From contig QYZZ01000078.1 in NCBI GenBank assembly GCA_003838145.1, forward strand, positions 25,587-89,586: a stretch of 64,000 bases of DNA. The letters are read 5' to 3'. Both the position numbers and the translations under genes were made by a program. Source of the stretch: Tindallia sp. MSAO_Bac2. GTDB taxonomy: Bacteria; Bacillota; Clostridia; Peptostreptococcales; Tindalliaceae. Under the pieces are notes generated by a model. That model ran no database searches, was not told the origin of the DNA, and saw nothing but the letters and a program-made list of their open reading frames with translations. This document shows, in pieces, positions 57,842 through 64,000 of the stretch. How positions within the stretch are numbered: the first letter of the stretch is position 1; each line of letters opens with the position of its first letter.

Positions 57842-60063
57842 TCGAAAGTCCTCCTTTCAAAGTCGTGGATGAGCAATCGGCCGGAGTTCATAACCACTAA
57901 AATAGTGGAAGAGTTGTGCAGCACAGATCCCCATACCACCGGAAGCCATCCCATTGCTGAAAGAACGATTCCCAGGGCATTGAGACCAACAGCCATCCGG
58001 AAGTTATTGCGGACGGTTTCCATGGTTCTTCGGGACAGCTGAATTGCTGAGGGAATCAGCAACGGGTCATCATTGGTGATGGTTACATTGGAAGACTCAA
58101 TGGCTACATCTGTCCGGGTATTTCCAATGGCGATGCCTACATCGGCGTAAGCCAGCGCCGGAGCATCATTAATCCCGTCGCCAATCATGATAACTCTGGA
58201 ACCACTGCCTTGCATGGAAAGAAGCGTACGAACCTTATCTTCCGGCATGAGTTCTGCGCTGAAGTCATCCATATGCATGCGGCTGGCTACTTTTTCCGCC
58301 TGGAAAGCTATATCACCGGTTAACAGGCGAATATCATCGATGCCGAGATGTCTCAACCGGTTAAGGGATTTTTTCATATTTTCCTTCAGTGCATCATGAA
58401 CCCCGATAACACCTGCCAGTACCCCGTTTTGGGCGACATAAATAATCATTTCCCCTTTTTGCTCCAGGGAATGGATGACATTTTGCAGTTCGCTGACGTC
58501 AACTCCGTTTTCTTTCAGATATTTTCGGTTACCAACCAGTATTTCATATTCCTGGATGGTAGTACGTACTCCCCGACCTGTCACAACCTCTGTCATGCCG
58601 TGAGCCGGAATGGCAATCCCGTTTAAACGGGCATAATCCAGAATGGCGTGAGCCAGCGGGTGGGAAGAGTCTTCCTCGGCAGCGGAAGCCATCTGGATAA
58701 TATCCTTTTGGGCAAAGCCGGTGGTGGGATGAAGACTGATGACCCGTGGACGTCCTTCCGTAACGGTGCCGGTTTTATCTAAAATGAGGGAATCTGCTTC
58801 AGCCAGGGCTTCAACGTAATTTCCGCCTTTAATCAGTACGCCATTCCGGGCTGCGTTGTGTATGCAGGCGGAAAGTGCTGTAGCAGTAGACAGGCGAACA
58901 CCGCAGGAAAAGTCGATAATCATCATGCTGAGGGCGCGGTTGATGTTTCGGGTCAGGCCATAAATCAGAATAGCCAGGGCAAAATTCATGGGAATCAGAT
59001 GTGCGGAAAAACGGTCAGCGAAGGTCTGAATGGCTGCCTTGCGTCCGGCAGCGCTCTCAACCATATGGACGATCCGGGCTACGGTGGTGTCGTCTCCCAC
59101 CTGCTCAGCACGGATTCTCAGATTGCCTGATTTAATAAGGGTGCCGGCAAAAACCCGGTGGCCGGGCCGTTTCTCAGCCGGAAAAAATTCGCCGGTGATG
59201 GGCGATTCGTCCACAAATCCTTCTCCTTCCGCTATTTCTCCATCTGCCGCAATTTTATCTCCGGACTGGACACTGATGATATCCCCCGGCTGCAGCTCAC
59301 TACTTTTTTTCTTAACCAGAGTATTTTCAGCGGTTACAACAAACACCATTTCATCTCCGGCCTGCAGCATATCACCGATGGCTTTTCTGGTTTTTTCCAT
59401 GGTGTAGGCCGTCATAAATTCAGCGATGTCTGCCAGCAGAATGGTGACCAAAGCGGAAAGGGATCTTCCGCTTAATAAAGCAGTTAGGATGGCACTGGCG
59501 GTTAAGGTGTCTGCGTTGGGCCTCCTGGTAGTAGCCAAAGAGTGCCACCCACTTTTAAAGATGGGAACAGAAAGTCCCGCACTAATCAGTGCCGGTGGTG
59601 TGAAAAGGCGTCGGTGCCAATAGCGATGTCCCAGGGAAGCGGCTCCCATTCCCGGCAGACTTTTAAACATGCCAAAAGCTATCAGGGATATACCGGAAAC
59701 CAAAACACGCTTCAAAAGATGCTCCGCCGGCTCTTCCTGAAGACGCCGCTCATTAACCGTCAGCGTGTTGCTGGCTTCTCTCTCAGCCTGATAGGCCAGC
59801 AGGGAAAAGGCAGCCATCTGATCCTCCACATAAGTATAAAGATCCTGGCTGTCTAAAACCGTGTGGTCATAGATGATCAGCATACTACCGGTAATGGGCT
59901 GATAATCAACCTGATGAATGGCCTTATGAAGTTGCAGCGCTTCAATCATTTCATTTTCTACTGTTTTTAAAAACGTAAAGGATCGGGAACGAAGACGTAT
60001 GCGGCCAGGCAGCTGGTGAGCAATTTCCAGCCGCATCAGTTTCCTGTTTTTTCGTTTTATCAC
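57838..60063 (-). CDS. P1B-6-type heavy-metal ATPase (FezB-like)
   Basis: N-terminal HQLPGRIRLR; DFSCG instead of CPC; DKTGT; GDGINDAP; HNSST. Confidence 0.85.
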   Translation of the reverse strand: MIKRKNRKLMRLEIAHQLPGRIRLRSRSFTFLKTVENEMIEALQLHKAIHQVDYQPITGSMLIIYDHTVLDSQDLYTYVEDQMAAFSLLAYQAEREASNTLTVNERRLQEEPAEHLLKRVLVSGISLIAFGMFKSLPGMGAASLGHRYWHRRLFTPPALISAGLSVPIFKSGWHSLATTRRPNADTLTASAILTALLSGRSLSALVTILLADIAEFMTAYTMEKTRKAIGDMLQAGDEMVFVVTAENTLVKKKSSELQPGDIISVQSGDKIAADGEIAEGEGFVDESPITGEFFPAEKRPGHRVFAGTLIKSGNLRIRAEQVGDDTTVARIVHMVESAAGRKAAIQTFADRFSAHLIPMNFALAILIYGLTRNINRALSMMIIDFSCGVRLSTATALSACIHNAARNGVLIKGGNYVEALAEADSLILDKTGTVTEGRPRVISLHPTTGFAQKDIIQMASAAEEDSSHPLAHAILDYARLNGIAIPAHGMTEVVTGRGVRTTIQEYEILVGNRKYLKENGVDVSELQNVIHSLEQKGEMIIYVAQNGVLAGVIGVHDALKENMKKSLNRLRHLGIDDIRLLTGDIAFQAEKVASRMHMDDFSAELMPEDKVRTLLSMQGSGSRVIMIGDGINDAPALAYADVGIAIGNTRTDVAIESSNVTITNDDPLLIPSAIQLSRRTMETVRNNFRMAVGLNALGIVLSAMGWLPVVWGSVLHNSSTILVVMNSGRLLIHDFERRTFE

Positions 60064-60461
60064 CTGCGGTCATCCTTTCTGGATGGTGGTTCCGGGCACA
60101 GATGCTGCCGAACCAGCTGAATAAGATAAAGCCTTGCGGCGGCCGGCTCTTGTTGCCGGGAAATCTGCTTTATTTCCTGCCGGTGCTGTGTCAGGACTTT
60201 ACCGATATGTCTGAAAGTGGCAATGATTTCTTCTTCGCTGATGACAGAAGGATTATAATGGATCAGGGCATTGCCTGTTATATAAGAAAAAGAAAAATCA
60301 CGAATGCCATCAATCTGCCTTAGAAAATCCAGCTCACTGTCATCCGGCTTCCATTCCGCCGGGATTTTGGAGGCATGGGGAATATTGATCCGAAGTCTTC
60401 CCGGTATGGAATGAACCACCCGAAAACGCAACAGAATATTAAACAGTATTTCTTCAATCAA
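60060..60461 (-). CDS. HMA2-domain protein
   Basis: VVHSIPGRLRI, TGNALIHY; TTG start after AAGGAG (track start 60575 overlaps upstream gene). Confidence 0.75.
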   Translation of the reverse strand: MIEEILFNILLRFRVVHSIPGRLRINIPHASKIPAEWKPDDSELDFLRQIDGIRDFSFSYITGNALIHYNPSVISEEEIIATFRHIGKVLTQHRQEIKQISRQQEPAAARLYLIQLVRQHLCPEPPSRKDDRR

Positions 60462-60493
60462 GTGTGAGACAACTCCTTTCAGCAGGGGAGGAT

Positions 60494-61057
60494 CTAACGA
60501 TGAAGACCCATCATGCGGTAAGCCCAGTAAAGTAATGTTATGGGGGCTGGTGTTCCAAGAGTACCCTTTTTCCAATACTCTTTTATAGCTACGGCTGTAA
60601 ATCCTCCGGCCAGCAAGGTGGGAACATCAACAGCTCCGTTGGTTTTCTGCATCAAGGCATGATTGGCGGCTCTGTGCATTAACCGGACTTCCTGGGAGAT
60701 TTTAGCAGAATCCTGAGCGGCTGAAAGATCACCATATCCCAGCAGTTGATAAATTGCTGCTGTCAGGATTTCTTCTTTCATTACCCGGTTATCGTAGGCA
60801 ATAAGCAGAGAACCGGTAGTCTGGTTAACAGAAACGTGGCGGATACCCTGCACCTGCTGTAAGCGCTCTGTCAGCACTTTACCTGACTGAGGATGGGCAA
60901 ACTTGCTGTGGTAAAGACGGATGCGGCCTGGAATGGCGTGAGAAATCTGCAGCTGCTTTTCAGCGATCCCAAGGGTATAGGAACGACTTTTCTGTTTTTT
61001 GCTTTTTGTAAATAAGGAACTTAATAAAATGCCTGCTATAATATGCACGGCATACAA
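60494..61057 (-). CDS. HMA2-domain protein with C-terminal TM
   Basis: SHAIPGRIRL, TTGSLLIAY, TLLYWAY; true start may be GTG 61048. Confidence 0.78.
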   Translation of the reverse strand: MYAVHIIAGILLSSLFTKSKKQKSRSYTLGIAEKQLQISHAIPGRIRLYHSKFAHPQSGKVLTERLQQVQGIRHVSVNQTTGSLLIAYDNRVMKEEILTAAIYQLLGYGDLSAAQDSAKISQEVRLMHRAANHALMQKTNGAVDVPTLLAGGFTAVAIKEYWKKGTLGTPAPITLLYWAYRMMGLHR

Positions 61058-61117
61058 CTCCTTTCCGGATTTCCATCCATCGTCATCTTTCTCCTAAGTA
61101 TAGCATAAGGCAGAATG

Positions 61118-61135
61118 AATGAGAAGCATTATCAT
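61118..61135. promoter_or_regulatory. Fur box upstream of fez-like operon
   Basis: AATGAGAAGCATTATCAT. Confidence 0.65.
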
Positions 61136-61187
61136 ATATAGATACCTTTATACCGGTGCATTTTTGTGAATTAACAACAAAAAAAGA

Positions 61188-61216
61188 TTGACAACAATAC
61201 AATTTGAATATAAAAT
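61188..61216 (+). promoter_or_regulatory. sigmaA promoter for marR-MATE
   Basis: TTGACA-N17-TAAAAT. Confidence 0.7.
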
Positions 61217-61252
61217 AATTTTAGAATAAAACAATTTGAAAGGGGAAATAAA

Positions 61253-61744
61253 ATGCCTATAAAAGAAAATAGTCAGGATCATTTGAGATCTGAAGCGGAA
61301 AAAATGATGGAATTGTTAAACCTGTTAACCTTATTTACCAGAAAAACCTTATTGGAATGGCTGCCAGCGGTGACGGAAGCTTTTGGCATTAGTGAAGAAC
61401 GGTTCATGGTGTTATATGAACTGGAGCTGCAACCCAATATCAGTTTGAAAGACCTGGCGAGAAACTTGATGGTATCCTCCTCCAGCTTATCCATTATGAT
61501 CAACTCGCTGGTGGAGCAGGAGATGGTGGAGCGTGTTACAGACCCGAAAGACAGACGAAGGGTACTGCTAAAACTGAGTCGGCAAGGCGAAGAGATCCTT
61601 AGCAAGGCCAATGAACATTTAATTCGGTCTTTTCAGGATTACCTGTGCCGGCTGTCGGAAGAAAGCCGAAGAGATCTGGAAAAAACCGGTGATGCCATGA
61701 CGGCTGTTATAAAACAGGTTATGAAAGAATCCATGAAAGGGTAA
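61253..61744 (+). CDS. MarR family regulator
   Basis: SSLSIMINSLVEQEMVER..DPKDRR. Confidence 0.9.
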   Translation: MPIKENSQDHLRSEAEKMMELLNLLTLFTRKTLLEWLPAVTEAFGISEERFMVLYELELQPNISLKDLARNLMVSSSSLSIMINSLVEQEMVERVTDPKDRRRVLLKLSRQGEEILSKANEHLIRSFQDYLCRLSEESRRDLEKTGDAMTAVIKQVMKESMKG

Positions 61745-61756
61745 GGTGTAAAAGGT

Positions 61757-63130
61757 ATGAACAGGGAATCATTTTTAACAGAGCCACTGGGAAAGCTGAT
61801 TGGAAAAAATGCAGCACCGGCAGTGGCATCCATGCTGTTTATGGCATTGTATCAAATCATTGATGGAATTATGGTGGGTAGACGGTTGGGGCCGGAAGCA
61901 CTGGCATCGGTAAACTTGCTGTATCCGGTTATAGCGCTGCTGGTGGGTCTGGCAGTGATGCTGGGTGTCGGAGGAAATGCCCGTATTGCAATACTACTGG
62001 GTGAGGGGAATTCTCATCGGGCATCCCGGGTATTGGGGTTAATATTGATTCTGGGCTTTGGGCTGGGAATAGTGGGCAGCCTTTTATCAGTTCTTTTAAT
62101 GCCCAACATCCTCAGTTTTCTTGGTGCCTCAGGAGAGCTGGGCGCACAGGCAGGCCAATACCTGAGGGGAATGTCACCCTACTTTGCTTTCATGATTGCC
62201 ATTTTCATTCTTGAGCAATCCCTTCGAAATGATGGACAGCCAAATCTGGCCAGTGGTGTTATGGCTGCAGCTGCAGTGCTGAATATTGCCTTGGACTATC
62301 TTTTTTTATATGTACTGGATTTTGGGATCAGAGGAGCAGGAATGGCCACCGGGATTTCCCAAAGTCTTGGAGCCCTGGTTTTCATCCTGTACTTTATCGG
62401 GAAAACCAGTCGGAAGGAAGAAGGTCTGTGTTTTGCAAAACCGGATGGGAGTCTTCGAACCGGAAAAACCATTGTCATCAACGGGGCTTCGGAATTTTTT
62501 AACAGTCTGGCCATGGGCGTGGTGACCTTTCTCATTAACAGAAGTATTTTGATGTATATTGGTGGACTGGGTGTAGCCGCGTTTACTTTGGTGCAGTATG
62601 TAATGGTAATGGGTGTAATGATAATAACCGGCATTGGAAACGGGACTCAGCCGGTTTTCAGCTACAACCACGGTGCCGGATTTTCAGATCGTGTCCAGGG
62701 GACTCTGTGGCGAACAATCATGATTGGAACAGCAATCGGAGGAATCTTCTTTGTTCTGATGTCCTGGCAAATGAAGCCCATTGCAGAACTATTTCTGCCG
62801 GGGCAGCCCGAGGCTGTAGCCCTGACTCTGGAAGCAGCCAGCTTCCTGCGATGGACTATGTGGTTTATGCCAACGGCCATTCTGGGGTCCATTTACTTTA
62901 CGGCACTGGAACAGGCCTCCAAGTCTCTGGCAATAGCTATTTCCAAAGGATTGTTGCTGCCAGTCATGGGATTGTTGCTTTTTCCTTTATGGCTGGGAGC
63001 AGACGGTATTTGGGTGGCACTGGTGGCAACGGATATTTTGGCGGTCATTGTAGTGGCCATCTGTTACGGTTTTCAGATGGCAGATAACAAGGAAAAAACA
63101 AACCTGAACTTATCCAAAACCATACTTTAG
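61757..63130 (+). CDS. MATE family efflux transporter
   Basis: YQIIDGIMVG, LNIALDYLF, GAGMAT, SYNHGA. Confidence 0.92.
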   Translation: MNRESFLTEPLGKLIGKNAAPAVASMLFMALYQIIDGIMVGRRLGPEALASVNLLYPVIALLVGLAVMLGVGGNARIAILLGEGNSHRASRVLGLILILGFGLGIVGSLLSVLLMPNILSFLGASGELGAQAGQYLRGMSPYFAFMIAIFILEQSLRNDGQPNLASGVMAAAAVLNIALDYLFLYVLDFGIRGAGMATGISQSLGALVFILYFIGKTSRKEEGLCFAKPDGSLRTGKTIVINGASEFFNSLAMGVVTFLINRSILMYIGGLGVAAFTLVQYVMVMGVMIITGIGNGTQPVFSYNHGAGFSDRVQGTLWRTIMIGTAIGGIFFVLMSWQMKPIAELFLPGQPEAVALTLEAASFLRWTMWFMPTAILGSIYFTALEQASKSLAIAISKGLLLPVMGLLLFPLWLGADGIWVALVATDILAVIVVAICYGFQMADNKEKTNLNLSKTIL

Positions 63131-63167
63131 TCAGGCTGTTTTTCGGGGAATCCAGTTTATTATAAAA

Positions 63168-63197
63168 AAGAGAGTCTCAGTTTTCACTGAGACTCTC
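63168..63197. terminator. Bidirectional terminator
   Basis: GAGAGTCTCAG/CTGAGACTCTC. Confidence 0.75.
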
Positions 63198-63215
63198 CGG
63201 GTAAAACTTATTTTG

Positions 63216-63416
<201 letters not shown>

Positions 63417-63517
63417 TTATACTTCATTAATTTCTCTAATGATAAATTCAGTATACCAAGATTCTTTGGGGCAAGACAAGAAAAGCAATACAGATATTCA
63501 AAAAAAAGAGCATAATG

Positions 63518-63535
63518 TAATGAGAATCATTCTAT
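63518..63535. promoter_or_regulatory. Fur box between fdx and ABC permease
   Basis: TAATGAGAATCATTCTAT. Confidence 0.6.
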
Positions 63536-63687
63536 TTGCACTGATGGAATCCCTGAATCTGATATGAAAGCCCTTAAGGGTGGTTCGAAAGAAAATATGA
63601 TAAAATGTGAAACAAATATCAAAATGCCACGTAAATGATAATGATAAAGGAAAAAGTTAGTCAAAAACGTAAAAAAAGGCGATGACG

Positions 63688-64000
63688 ATGGGCATTATTA
63701 TTAAGTATATCCTGAAAAATATATGGGAGAAGAAATTCCGAACCTTTCTGATTGTGATTTCCGTTACCTGCTCAGCAGCACTGTTTTTTGCGTCCAGCGG
63801 AATATCCGGTACGCTGACAGCCATGTATGAAGATCAGCTGAGAATGGCCTCCGGGAATGCGGACCTGATCATCCGTGCCAATGAGCGCTCTCCGTCTTCA
63901 ACCTTCCGCCTGGATCCCGGTGAAGTGTCAGGCGCAGCCTTAGTTGCCGGCGAGATTTCCATGGGGGCGTCCTATCGGCTTCCTGACGCCAATGGCAGAG
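63688..64000 (+). CDS. FtsX/MacB-type ABC permease (5' part only)
   Basis: MGIIIKYILKNIWEKKFRTFLIVISVTCSAALFF...GNADLII; open to window end. Confidence 0.75.
   Translation, partial: MGIIIKYILKNIWEKKFRTFLIVISVTCSAALFFASSGISGTLTAMYEDQLRMASGNADLIIRANERSPSSTFRLDPGEVSGAALVAGEISMGASYRLPDANGR

Noticed and set aside
60461-60575. 80-bp overlap between two HMA2 genes
   Set aside because: Artefact of longest-ORF start; a TTG with RBS at 60461 removes it

Overview
64-kb chromosomal window from an anaerobic low-GC Firmicute (Clostridia-like, inferred from gene content: 2[4Fe-4S] ferredoxin, IorAB, SdaAB, sigma54 promoters, LTA synthase). No rRNA, tRNA, CRISPR array, prophage or intact transposase was recognised. 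Housekeeping: rpsF-ssb-rpsR-rplY with an S6:S18 leader, tcdA, csaA, sdaAB/AA, csoR-copA-copZ. Points of interest: (1) two selenoprotein candidates hidden by in-frame TGA codons with SECIS-like hairpins, a UPHC glutaredoxin fused to a Zn ribbon (1617-1955) and a Tat-signal C-GCAxxG-C-C family protein (45948-46616); the second ends a cluster with a two-rhodanese lipoprotein and a triple FMN-binding protein, a candidate extracytoplasmic flavin/sulfur/selenium redox module. (2) An AT-rich sigma54-driven cassette (TRAP transporter, KamA-like radical SAM enzyme lacking the lysine-binding aspartates, amidase, NtrBC-type pair, Na+ symporter) for an unknown substrate. (3) An HssRS-like system with four HssR-type boxes pointing to an RND pump, a YugP/alarmone synthetase pair and a 37-aa membrane peptide. 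(4) A Fur-boxed P1B-6 ATPase/HMA2 cluster resembling ferrosome (fez) operons. (5) Small ORFs below the track cutoff, a possible IS200/IS605 RNA remnant and several intergenic micro-repeats. All calls come from manual motif reading; no searches were run.
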